A stretch of DNA of 64,000 bases, taken from contig MU053629.1 in assembly GCA_013239625.1 (NCBI GenBank), positions 1,081,567 through 1,145,566 of the forward strand. Reading direction: 5' to 3'. The stretch's first letter is position 1, and each line of letters opens with the position of its first letter. Under the pieces are notes generated by a model, which saw only the letters and a list, made by a program, of their open reading frames with translations, searched no databases and was not told the origin of the DNA. Positions 39,036 through 51,429 of this stretch are shown here, piece after piece. Made by a program: the position numbers and the translations under genes. The DNA comes from Lama guanicoe (lineage: Eukaryota).

Positions 39036-40413
39036 AATTGAGACTTAGATGACTTAATGGACTAGTAGACACTGATCAGAACATCGTCTTTGTTTTAAAT
39101 AACCAATACTCAGTTTTTCAGGTTGGCTAATGGGTGTTAGGAAACAGGAAGCCTCTACTGACTTACTTACTCAAGCATAGATAAGCAGAAAAATGCTTCC
39201 ATCTGCCTGCCACGGAAGGATTTTCTTCCATCAGAAAGAGAGGAGCCTCTTCAGTCAGCTTTAATGGTGGAGACAGGAGCAAAGCTTGCTCACTGAGATG
39301 GCCCGTGTAGGTTTGTTCCCTCAGGATGAACTCCATACCCTGGCTTCATCGAGCAGTCTTCCGTCTCTGTTAGTCCGACCCTGATCACACCTGTGGCTTA
39401 GGGAGAGCGTTAAACTCTGGAAATACAGAGCTGGGAATTGCCCGAACTGCTTATTCTGGCCAGGTATCCTGCAGAAGTTAGCAGTTTTCCCAGAGCTTTA
39501 ACTTAGCCTGATGAAACTGGGATGGGCTAACTTAGAAACTTAGACTTGCAGGTGAACGGTGTGACAGTGCGACAGACTGTGAGTGCTAACAGTAGTTACC
39601 GTATTGCTTGTTTGACCTGATTGGGAGTAGTCCTTTGGCTCGACATTTTTGAGGGCATCAGGAGCGATTGGGAGCCAAGAGATCAAGATAACAGTGGGTT
39701 TAGCGCGGAGACAACTGAAGAAGCTTTAAGAGTCTTGGCTCTGTAGAAACTCTGTATTAACACAGAAACTCTCTAAATGTTTGGTGTGGCTTTGGGTCAA
39801 TAAACACCAGGCACAAAATATTACTGAGATTTGTCCTGCTTCTATTTGAACTGATTTCCACAGTGAGGAATTTAGCTGAGCTGTGAGAACCGTTGGGATT
39901 TTGGAGTGTTAAGACATGGAAGATTATATATTCTCAGGTATAAGAGTGAAAGCAATTTGAAAGAGAGGAGGTTGGGAGGAGAAGATAGAGAGTTTTGAGA
40001 AAACAGATCTTAGAGCCACTGGGTAATAACCAGCATCTCGCAGGCCAGGGACTGTGCCCCATCATGGGGACAAGCAGATGTCCCAGAACCTGTTCCTCAC
40101 AAGCGCTCCTGGTCTGCTGAGAAAACTACCCATAACTCAACAGGTTCATGTTAGGAACTTGTGCCAGATAGTACGTGCAGAAAGTATTTGATGAATTGAA
40201 AGAGTGACAGTTCGATAACATTGGAAAACGTTAATGATACAATTGAAAAATAAGATACAGTGTTCATGTGTTTACTGTAGTTGCAATTATGTTCTTTTCT
40301 CAATTCAGAACTTTAAAGTAATATAACTATATTTTATAGTGAAATAATAAACATTTCTACATTTCTGTTTAAAAATATAAATATATAATAACGAAATTTT
40401 TGTTTACTTCTAG

Positions 40414-40464
40414 GCATTTTTTACACTTGCACGAGATATAATGACAAAACTCAACAGAAAAATG
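40414..40464 (+). CDS. RAB8B: RAB8B coding exon 7 (51 nt)
   Basis: TAG acceptor, GTTTGT donor; AFFTLARDIMTKLNRKM. Confidence 0.96.
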
Positions 40465-41226
40465 GTTTGTATGACATATAATTTTGTTTTCTTATTTACA
40501 TTGTTTATTTATTTGATTAAAGGGATAGGCCTGATTATAATATGTTCACATTAACTCATTTTTTTTCCTGACTTCCATTTTCACCTGGTTAAACTCTGAT
40601 TCTTATTTCTGTTTCTTCACATTTCTTATTTCTGAACTGCAGCTGTTTCAGCTAACTCTTTAAGTGGTCTTTAATTGAATTTTGATCAGAATAATTAAAA
40701 TAATAATAGCACAAATTAAATTTGTAATCACTCTATATCCGTATATATTTGATCTTGAAGTTGCTGAAGTTAGCTTAAATTTGAAACAATCTCAGTGATG
40801 AATCATTAGGACAACCTTGAAAGTTTGGTTTAAGCAGAATCTTGAGTATAACTGTCTGCGTTATGTTACCAGCTCTTCTTACCTCTAACAACAGGATTGC
40901 CTCTACCAGTATCTTAACATTGTTTCCATCATTACCCTTGAAACTTTATATTATTTTGGTTATAATTTCTTTGAACTGGAAATAGAAACTTTCTAACCAA
41001 TACATTGTTAATATAGTAGGTACTGTCTTAATTTTTTTTTCCTATTTTAATCCACAATTTCCAAAGAAACAGACAACATCAGAGCTTAACTATTTCCCTT
41101 CCTAAATAAACATTCTACTCAGTACACATTTATGGCATGATTTGATATATATACTTTTTTTTTACATAATTGGGGTCACACCATGAAACTTTCATTTCCT
41201 TGGTAACTTTATCTTCTGTTTTCTAG

Positions 41227-41319
41227 AATGACAGCAATTCATCAGGGGCAGGCGGACCAGTGAAAATAACAGAAAACCGATCAAAGAAGACCAGTTTCTT
41301 CCGTTGCTCGCTACTTTGA
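41227..41319 (+). CDS. RAB8B: RAB8B last coding exon 8 (93 nt to stop)
   Basis: TAG acceptor; NDSNSSGAGGPVKITENRSKKTSFFRCSLL-TGA; hypervariable tail with CaaX prenylation motif CSLL, typical of Rab8B. Confidence 0.98.
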   Translation, partial: NDSNSSGAGGPVKITENRSKKTSFFRCSLL

Positions 41320-44300
41320 TGGACTCTTTCTGAGAGACTGCAGCACACCTAGAGGACCCTTTCCTGCTTCTCTGAAAGCACAGGCACCAAGCCTCAGAAT
41401 CATCCCGCCCGGCTGCTACTGAGAGCACTGTTGAACCTAGACCTCCCGACACAGAACGCGCAGTGGATTCCAGCCTCACGGCGCATCAAGACAACTGGCT
41501 TCTTTTTTCAAATGTGGAAGCAATGAAGTGGAGACACGTGCCGGACTTAACTTGTTTTTCCTTTGTGTTATTGTGTGTTGCAGAAGCTGCTGTCTTTCTT
41601 TTTTTCACTTTGCACATCAGTGTTAGCCTTCCTGTGTTACAGCACAATCTGAGATTCATATCTGCACACTTTTGTCTGGTGAGGTTCTAGACAAATTTGT
41701 GCGTTTGGGGACGTTTAAAAAAAGAGTGGAACGTTTAAAGCAGAGGCTAATATGCTAAAATTAAAGGACGTTTGGTCTGGTTCCTATGGCCAAATGTTAT
41801 TGCATTGATAGCATTTATTTAAGGGCTTTGATTTTTCTTAAATAAGAGTCATCAAATTTGGATAAAATTTATCTCCAAAATTCATGAAGATACCCATCTA
41901 TTCATCAAAGACCACAGTGTCTTTGTTCAGATTGTTTAGAGTTTTGCTTCATTCCTGACCTTTCTGCCTGAGTCTGGGTAGCTGAGTAAATCACGTTTCA
42001 GTTGATTACTTCTGCCTAATCTCCTGAAACTGTTTGGAAATGACCTTGATGTCACTTTTCTTGAGGTTTGTTTTTGCTCTTCTTTCCTGTGTTTGACCTG
42101 TTGTAATCACTCAGTTAGCTAAAACATAACATTTGAACTTTGTTGTCTAAATGTCAACTTCATGAACTGAAATTTTACATATGCAGAGAGATGGACCATT
42201 TAAGGTTTTATTTCAACGTCTCATAGTTCTGTCACATCAGGGGTACATAATGTGTTTTTTCTTAGATTCACTCCTTACCTTGCTGGGTTAGTAGTAATTC
42301 TTAACAGAATCCCTGTCGGCAAGAGTTAACAGGTTAGACTGAGATTTCGTTCACAGAAAGCTTACCTACAGGGAGAGAGATTGACCTGTGGACATCAGTT
42401 TCATAGAGAGAGCTCTTGGTGTGGTGAAAATAATGATTTGTGTTCTGTTTTTATTTGGGCCTTTTTTTTTTTTTTCGGTGTGAGTAATTAGACCTAGTGC
42501 AGCCTCTAGGAAAAGTCTTGCCTTTTCATTTGAGAAATTATGAGCACAGTTTCAGTTTTACAGCAGCTGTTGTTGAATGTGTAGAACCCAGTTCCATCTG
42601 TTCAGTTTTGTTGTTACAGAACTTGGTCCAGCCGTTTGGGCCAAAGCCAACCAAAAGCTTAGCTGCCTTTCTCACCGCACACTGGTACTGGCATGCCTTC
42701 TGTAGATGAAACCGTCACGTAAGGAAAAAAGGTATTTAGTGTTAACTTCTGTGCCACATTCCTTGCTGTTATTCTAGCCTTCAGTGTCATAACACAGAAC
42801 GGAGTAATAAAGAGGTAATTCAGGAATAATAATTCTGCTTCCTGTTAGGCCTATTTTGTTTCACAGAGGCTACCACCATGCTTGATAGTTAAGACTGGGA
42901 GAGGAACGTGGAAATGGCTTGCTCGTTACCAGCAGAGAATTCTGCTCCAGGTTAAGGTGTATTACGAGAACGCTTGGACCAGTCAAACTTTCCTGCTTGT
43001 TTGAAAACTTTCGTACAGTTTACCAGCAGGAAATATACCAGAGCTGTTTTTGATGGGTACACTAAACATATTGCTCACAAATTCCAGCCTCCTTGATTTT
43101 TTTTTTTTTTTTTGGTACTTACCTATAGGCCTAAAGGCACCTGTTGGTGTCTCAATATAATCAGTAGTTCCTTGATTGAAAGTTGACTGTAAGTCTACCA
43201 TCTTAAAATTAGATATCTTTTTGGAATGAAAAAAATAGTTTCTTAAAAACATCTTGTATTCACTAATTTTCTGAAAAAGATCTCAGCAGTTAAGCTTTCT
43301 GGATGGTAACGAAGTGATGTCTAGAAGGCAAGTGCTATGACACCATGTATGAATGTAATTTTCTTAGTAATTTACCTCTGACTCTTTGGTGTCTTAACAC
43401 TTTGGTTTATATCTCAGGGGTTGTCTGCAAACCAAAACTGACATATTCTGTGGTTAGCCTTTTTTTTTTTTTCCCTCAACAGAATGCTTTGCTTTTTTTT
43501 TCTTCTTCTTCTTCTCTCTTCTCTTGTCTTCTATGTCTTAATACCTAGTCTCCATGAACTTCCCTTTGAGAGAGCCCTATACAGATTAGATGAGTCTAGA
43601 AGTGCTCTTTGAAGTAGCAGCAAACCGGGGGTATATACTCTGTTATATAGAAATAAATCGTCCTTGCTATTTTCTTATATTTGGCTTTGCTACATTGTAT
43701 ATAATTTGAGCTAAGACTATAGTAAATTCACTTTTCTGCATGGTAAAACGCCCCAATAAATATTCCCCTTTGCTTAATAATGTACATATAGTGCATTATT
43801 TTTTCTATTTGTAGATGAATTTAGTGACAGATAATTGTCTGTTCCCTGCTGAAACTGAAGAAACCTAGTTTTGTGTGAACCTTTTTCTGTGGTCTTATGG
43901 ATAAGGTACATGAAGATTTTTTGCAGCAGTGTTAGTGGTTCGGGGGCTGCATTTTATTATCAGCGTGCTAATTTTTGACAGGAACGGGACTACACCTTTT
44001 CAAGTAAGCGTCTGAGGGTATCAGACAATGAAAATGTGCTGTAACTAAGTAGCATGTAAGTCAGCTGACTGTAAACCGTTTCACTGGGAACTGATTTTAG
44101 CTATATTTTACTTCAGACAGATGATGAGAAAATAACCCACCTGTGCATCAGTTAGAAGGTGCTCAGGGTTTCTTACTCTTCACATGGACATTTTGTGCAG
44201 TCTTTGTTATAAATTTCCAGAAGACTATACTCTTTACTTTGAAGGACTATTTTTTAATTATACCTCATTTAGCTAACTAGTATTCTAATACCTGGTAGAA

Positions 44301-45525
44301 AAACAGTGAGCCAGTCTTTAAGCATCCGACATAATTTAGACTCTGTTTCAAACTAAAGGCATCATTGGAAAAGGTAGGAGGTAGTTTAGTTTAGGATAGA
44401 ACATACATGTCATATCCAAGTAGTGCAAAAGAAGTATTATCTTCCTGTCTCCATTAACAAACTTAGCTGTGCAATATAGATAAATGTTTGCAGAAATTTC
44501 TAAATAAGAGATTATAACTCCACTGTACAGGTTCTGAATGCTGAGAATCTGTATTAAGGCTTATACAGTTTTCCCTGTGAACAGTGATACATGGAAGAAG
44601 ACTTTTCTAGCTCATGACTTAGATTTCTTTATAAATTTAGTTCTTAATCTTTAAAGATGAGCTTCTAAGCTTGACATTTTAAAACAGCATTTCATTATGT
44701 TGGTTTACTTATCTCAAATTTTAAGCACCATTTCTGCTGTCAGGTTTTTAAGAATTTTTCTTGTAACAGAAAGGACGTTCCTTTCTCCTTCTTGTTATAT
44801 CCAAAGAAGGGGGTGAGAGAATGTCTAAAAATGAAATTCCTTGTCCTAGAGGGACCTCGAGGGACAAGATAATGCTAATAAAATGTCAAATGCTAGCACA
44901 ATTTTACAGTAGAATCGGTCCTTTTTAGACTAATAAATTTAATGGCTGTCATGTTTACTATGAAAAAAATCTAAGTGACTGAAATTTACAGAAATGAAAA
45001 TAAGCAAACAATTATTTTAGGGATATTTTCAAATTTTACTTCATTTTTTGAAATGCTTCTGTCATACGCAATTGCATTTCTTATTGCCAAGAACTAATAG
45101 AACTTCTTGTTTTATTTCTTAGCTGTTTTTAAAATGTGAATTTAATTATTATAATTCATTCCTATGGCCTTACAGATGGGTTTTATTTTGTTTGCGGCTG
45201 ACACTGTTCCTTTAATGCAAAATACTATAATCTATTTGACTAAAATCATGCCCCTAATGGGAAATACCTAGTTTTTCCATAGAATTAGCCTACTGTGTAT
45301 GTTTCAGCATATTTCACTTTTGCTCCAATGGCTTAATGTGAAAAAGTTCCCGCAGATGAAGTGGACCTGTCATGTGCTTAATCTTCTTTAAGCCAGTTCA
45401 TTAATTGTGTACTGATACTGATGCTGTGTTTTTTTTTTTTAAAGAAAAAATGGATTTTATTCCAGGTGAACTGTTTTTTACAATAATGTTCGTCTAAAAT
45501 AAAAACTGCATAATGAAAATAGTCA
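41320..45525 (+). other. RAB8B: RAB8B 3'UTR (3' end approximate)
   Basis: Repeat-poor, AT-rich sequence after the stop, with AATAAA at 42806, 43652, 43755, 44877, 44932 and 45498; L2/LTR-rich DNA resumes beyond ~45900. Confidence 0.75.
45498..45503 (+). terminator. Probable distal polyadenylation signal of RAB8B
   Basis: AATAAA after U-rich tracts, at the end of the repeat-poor UTR block. Confidence 0.65.
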
Positions 45526-45899
45526 TGTCTCTCTGAAATGGATTACACAGTTTTAAGATGTTTCTTCTAACTTGCTAGATACGTGTCTTGAACCATGGTA
45601 GACTTGAGATAATTTAGCAAACGTCCCTTCTGACTTAGAAAAATGGCCAGTGCTCCTGCTCATACATGGAGGTTATTCTGTTACAGAACTGCAGACTTAA
45701 ATTGATCGTCCTTCCCTCTTAGCCCTCGCAAGTTTGGTTTCTATTGTTCTCACGTCCAGTAACACAATTTGATGTCGGTGTTCTGTGGATGTCCCACCCC
45801 TGTGCTGGCGCATGTTCCCAGTCCTAGCTTTTGTCATTCATCATTCATCCCTTCAACCATTTGGAACACTTTCACTGTTCTTCTCCAGCTTCTTTCTTT

Positions 45900-47750
45900 G
45901 TTCCTTTTCCCACTCTTGATAGATCTTTCATCTCCTGTCTTACGCCGAGAAGCATCGATCTACAACCATCTCTGCCTCCTGAACCTACAGCCTCCCGTGG
46001 GCTGGCTGCGCTCTCTCTCCCCTCGTCCTCACCTCAGGTAGCACAGAAATTCCTCCTATTCCGTGCTTTCTCTCTGCCTCTGTGGGTTCATCTTTCCACC
46101 TCTTTGCTGCTTCTCAGGGAACTCACAGCTCTCTTTTACCCTCAAACTCTTATCCTGTGTTACCTTGTTTCCCTAAGCGTCTTTAACCCTCCCACCCCGT
46201 GGCCTCATGTCACTCTCACCCACGCTGTTCCTCTTCCTGTCACAGCCAAGCTTCTTCAAAGGGTCGCCCATAGCTACTGGGTTCACTTTTTCATTTTCCT
46301 TCTATTTCTCAACCTCCTCCAGTTTGACTTCGACCCCCATCGTGTCACTGACACCGTGCCAACCGTGGCCGAGTTGCTAAATAGCAGATGATTTTCAGTC
46401 CTTATCTCGGTTAGCCTCTTGGCAGCATTTAACCAGAAATGTTCTCTTCCCTTAGTTTCCTTCCCTTGGTGACAATATTCTCCTGATTAACCACTTATCC
46501 AAAATCATTTCATCCTTTTTCATGGTTCTTAAATAGCTCGTGACTTCTGTGGTAGACTGAATAATGGCTCCCAAGGATGCCAGCGTCCTAACCCCTGGCA
46601 CCTGTCAGTGTTACTTTCCAAAAGGGAGTTTGCAGATGTGATCAAGTTAAGGATCTTGAGGTAGGAGGGTATCCAGGTGGGCCCTGTGTAATCCCAAGGG
46701 TCTTGATGAGAGAGACACAGAAGGAATCAGAAGGAAACTGCGGTGATGGCAACAGGTAGAAAAGGTGATGTGATGCAGGGCCGTGAGCCCAGGAATGCAG
46801 GTAGCCTCTAGGATCTGGAAAAGGAGGGGGAAGAGATTTCCCCCTACAGCCTCCAGAAGGAAATCAGCCTGGCCCTGACACCTTGATTTTAGCCTGCTAA
46901 GACTCATTTTGTAATTCTCACCTCCAGAACTGTAAGGGAATAAATTTCTGTTGCTTGAAGCCTTAAATTTGTGGTAATTTGTTTACGGCAACAATCGGAC
47001 ACTAATACAGTTTTCAGATTTGTATCTTAAGCCCCAAGCTTTTTCCAGAGAGCCACTGTCATCTACCCAGATCCCCAAACAGGTAATCAACCTCCAAGTC
47101 TTACACGTCCTAACTCCTTAATCTGTTTCCAACCGAGCCACTTGATTTCTGCCTCTGTCTTTATTCAGGTCTCCTCATCTTTTGCCTAGATTTCTGCCAC
47201 CTCTCCTCACCAGTCTTCTAGTTCCTAGTCTTATTTTCCTCCAATCCTGCTTTCACAGTGCTGACAGGTCATTAAACCTGGAGTCTTAATGTTACGGCCA
47301 CATTTATTCCTTCAGTGGTACCTCATACCCTTGGGGGAAAAGAAAAACCCTCAACTCTTTAGCCTGATGAACGAAGTCCTTTGCCATCCACACATCTTTG
47401 TGTCCTGGCTTAGATTTTGTCACACCTTCACTCGTACACATCTTTTGAACCTCAGCAGTAACTGTGGTTCCCCAAACATAACGTGCTTTGTCATTCCTTT
47501 CCTTCCGCTGTTCTGCTCCTTCTGCTGACTTCCTGTCCTTTGTCTGGCTAACTTCTCTTTCAAGTGTGAGGAAGGGTTTCTCTGGGAAGACTTGAGCCAC
47601 AACCCATCCTCGGATAGGAGCCCCCTCCTGTGCTTACCCAAAGCATCACTCACGGCACTGGATTCAAATTGTCCATTTACTTTCCTTCCTCCACTGGACT
47701 CTAAGCTCCTGCAGGAGGGGACATCAAGCCATCAGCCACCGCAGCATCCT
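45900..47750 (+). mobile_element. LINE-2 remnant split by the MLT1 LTR
   Basis: Decayed RT-region motif at ~46320-46435 (cagtttgacttcgacccccat...tcagtccttatc...ggcagcattt); pyrimidine-rich L2 3' region after 47010. Confidence 0.65.
46548..47009 (+). mobile_element. MaLR solo LTR (MLT1C/D-like) inserted into an L2
   Basis: TGTGGTAGACTGAATAATGGCTCCC start, ctccagaactgtaag...aataaatttctgttg, ends CTAATACA. Confidence 0.88.
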
Positions 47751-47754
47751 AGAC

Positions 47755-48106
47755 TGTGCACCCTGAGGGGACTCAGGATGGAGGAAAGCTGGATACTGGC
47801 TGTGGATAGTTAAGGCGCACATCAAAGGAATGATTTCAAAAAGCCCAGACTCTTACATCTTCCCATATATAGAAAAGCACTAAATTCATTAACTTAAGAC
47901 ATCTGGTTTTTCTTTAATTAACAGTAATCTTTTGATGTTCCAACGACTTGTTTCTGTTTTTGTTTTGCAAAAACTATATATCCTGGCTCCTCCCTTACCT
48001 CTTCGAAGCTGTCTGAGAAGCTGTCTTCCTGGCTTGCGTCCTTAGCAAATCTGCCAAAGAAAACATAATTCTCAACTTTTAGGTTGTGTTTTTTTTTCAA
48101 TTGACA
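47755..48106 (+). mobile_element. ERV1-type LTR fragment
   Basis: TATA-like tatata near 47975; U5-like end aaacataattctcaacttttaggttgtg...TTGACA; 5' boundary uncertain. Confidence 0.6.
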
Positions 48107-48143
48107 CAAGTAAAATTAACTGATATTAATTAACCTTAAAAAC

Positions 48144-48161
48144 GTGTGTGTGTGTGTGTGT
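48144..48161. repeat. (GT)9 microsatellite
   Basis: Perfect run. Confidence 0.95.
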
Positions 48162-49816
48162 ATACACCTTTCTAGAAGCCATCTTTAGTTTGCACCATTC
48201 CTAACCTCTTCAGTTTGTCTGCTTCTCTCCAGACTCCTGCTAGTCTCCCTGATTCATGCCTGCAGGTGGCAAAGACCTCTTATCTGGAATCCCATTTTCC
48301 ATTTGATTTACACGGGAGATCTGATCTTATCCACTCCCCTAGAGAAACGAAGGACCTGAAGGAAACTCGAAGCTGCTGGCTTTTTCTGTCTTATCTTTTG
48401 TCCCTCTTCTAACACTCCTAGGACAGCCTGAACTACTTTCTGCCCCTCAGAAATGCCCTGCTCTCTTTCAATTTGAGGCCTTTCCAATTGTCCTTCCATT
48501 TCTTCCCTACTTCCTAGCTTTGCTGACTCCTAAGCCAAGACCTGACAAAGTGGGTGTTACCTTCTTTAGCAACACCTCACCAGTCGGGATTGGCCGTCCT
48601 CCCCCTTCCTGTGTATCCTCAGCCACTGCACTTCTTGTCTGGCTTCCCCACGAGACTGCAAGCTCCAGGGTGACAGGAGGTAACCCTCCCACTGCCTAGC
48701 TTTGTGCCTGATACTTAGCAAGAATTTAACATGCATTTTGAATGAATGAATAAGTGGTTGAGTGGAAATCTATCAGCACCAAAAAACACCAAAAAACAGC
48801 TCAAGTGTTAGTATATTGTCAATCACTGGTAGGTATTTCAAAGCTTTACTGGATGAACTGCTAATATGTGGTATTGCTTTTTGCACCCTCCCACCCCTCC
48901 AGGTGCATACCCAGCAATCTAGTCTTATCTATATATTGTGTGTCAAGCTCCTTATCCCGGGAGACTTTAAGGGTTTTAATTCCCAGCATTCCTTAGTATG
49001 TTTTGAAGTCTTTGGAGAAAACTCAGAGTAAGTTCATAAAAACTTAACGAGTCAATAGCACTGCTACTCAGCCTCACATTCCTCACTTGTAAATAGAATT
49101 GTTGAAATCAGTGTAAGAGTGCTTTTTAAGCAGCAATGCATTGGATAAATGTAAGGTGCCATCATTCAGAGAACTTGAAATAAGTGTAGCTAGTGAATAA
49201 CTATGAATGCTGCAGAAGACTGTCTCATTGGTGATTTTCACAGTTTGGTCTAGTTACTTTCTTTTCTATTCCAACAGACATCAGTTAAAGATTTTTCTTC
49301 GTAGATAGGGGTGTAGAGTCATTAAGCATTTTCATTGCCTTACCATTTTTTAACTGGGCTTGGGGACTAAGACTGACCTGAAATATGGTCAAGATACCAT
49401 AAGTATAAATTCCCCCAACTTATAGCTTTGCATGTTGAGTTGCCTACTTCTAAAGAATCGGAGGCAGCTTTAACCAACACATAGAGATCTTGCTTAAAAT
49501 TGGGGTCACTGAAACATCAAAATCGGGATAAAAGAATAAGCCATATTCTGAAGTCATGGCAGTAACTGTAATTTAAAAAGAAGAAGTATAGTTGCTGTAA
49601 ACTATTAAATTTAGCACCAAGCTTCCTGGGAGTCAAGATAAAGCCTGAATATGATGTGTTAGCTCTCAAGCTGAACATATATGCATTTGTCAGGAGAAAC
49701 AAAACTTTTTTCTAGACCTGAACTCAAATAGTAAATCCTGGATCTATTAGAGATATAGAATAATGATGATGAAACAGTTTCACGAACTATGCAAGAAAAC
49801 ATGTAGATGGCAATTT

Positions 49817-50435
49817 TGTTATCCGAAAAACTGGGTTCTCCTCTTGTTGGGTGTTGAGGCAAAAGACACAACCAAGCCAAAGATCCGGAGAAGGAAGGAT
49901 TTATTACTTACAACAATTAAGGAGAACACTGGAGATCTTTCCCGAAGCATTACCTCCAGAACAGCAAAACTGAGCAAGTTTTAACTAAGGGCATATGCAT
50001 ATTCATGAAGGGGATTGGGTGGTGAGCAGAAGAGAGTTCAGCATGGAATTGGGGCAAAGGTTGACAAGAATCCAAGCTTTTGTTGATTGAAGTCAGTCAT
50101 GAGAGTCAGAAAAGGTCAAAGATCATCATCCCTCAGGTTCCAGTTGATCTGGTGGTTGAGGCTTCAGGCTCGTCTTCATCCCTGAAACAGAACTGGGAGT
50201 CTTCACTACTGATACAGTATCTTTGTTATAGTTACTTCTCTTGCCTGACAATAGTTGTTTGTTTCTGCATTCTTTTGTTCCTTTAAGATTATTAATTACT
50301 GAGTCCTGTTCTAGGACAGGTATTGTGGCCAGGCTTAGATCACAAAATGAGTTAGGCCAAAAGTGGCTTCTTTTAGGTCAAGAAAGCCATGTCTGGTTCT
50401 TTTCCTCTGGGGACCTCCTATCCTATCTGCTTATA
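49817..50435 (-). mobile_element. ERV1-class solo LTR
   Basis: TGTTA...TTATA (decayed CA) ends, 4-bp TSD ATTT at 49813-49816 and 50436-50439, AATAAA on the minus strand at 49900-49905. Confidence 0.75.
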
Positions 50436-51429
50436 ATTTCTTTTATTAAAAAACCCCTTAATTTACACCAAGGACATCAGTACATTATGCTTCTGTGAAG
50501 GCATCTCTGCATGGAGCTGAAGTAATGTAATTGTACTTGACAACTTTGATTCAGGACAGAACCAAAAGCACCTATCTAATGGTGAGTCACTCTATCACTT
50601 TCAACTGTTGTCCCAAGACATTTCAAAATGAAGAAATATTCTGTGGAGTAAAAGGAAAATATACATGTCTGTTTTAAATGGATAAAGGTGACATTTTACC
50701 ATAAAAAATTAAACACTTGTATCATTTGAAGGCCCATTTTCAGAGGGGAGCCGCAGAACATCTTCAGTCAGGTTCCAACTTTTGCCTTTTCAATGTTGAT
50801 TTCCAAGAGCTTTATTCATGACAGACATTAAGGAATGAGTGGGAGTGGCTAACACTTACATAGCACTTACTGTGCAGGCACAATCCTCAAAATAACCCAC
50901 GATGTATTATTATTATCTCCACTAGGCATGGAGATATATCTCAGATGTCAATGATGAGGGAAATTAACCTTCCGGTTTTAATTTGTAAATCTCTCAGAAA
51001 TTGTTAATATAAAATAGCAAATGTTGGTAAGTTCCACTCTTTAAATTATTTCATTCATTGAACAGATAATGTGAGCCCCTTCTAGGTGCTGCGTTAGAAA
51101 ACAAAGAACAAAAGACCCTGCCCTCCAAAAGTTTATATTTTAATGGGGGAGACAAATAAGCAAGTAAAAACCAAGCAGGGAAATGTTACTGTTACTACAG
51201 GGTGATCAGAGAATGCCTTCAAAAACAACTTTTTTAAAGACATGGCAGGAGTGGGGAACAAATAAAACCAGCTCGCCAGAACAACTTTCAGACGGACAGC
51301 TTCCGTCTGTTGAGTTATCTCCTGGGTCATCACTATCCCAGCTTGTGTTCTGCACATAGTTGCACGAAGTTCCCGCAACTATACAAATGGCAAGTAGTGC
51401 TTTAAAAAGGGCTCCTTTGTTTAGAAATG

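Noticed and set aside
45831..46391. 186-aa ORF
   Set aside because: Lies in pyrimidine-rich decayed L2; only the end (QFDFDPHRVTDT) echoes the L2 RT motif, so it is not an intact gene
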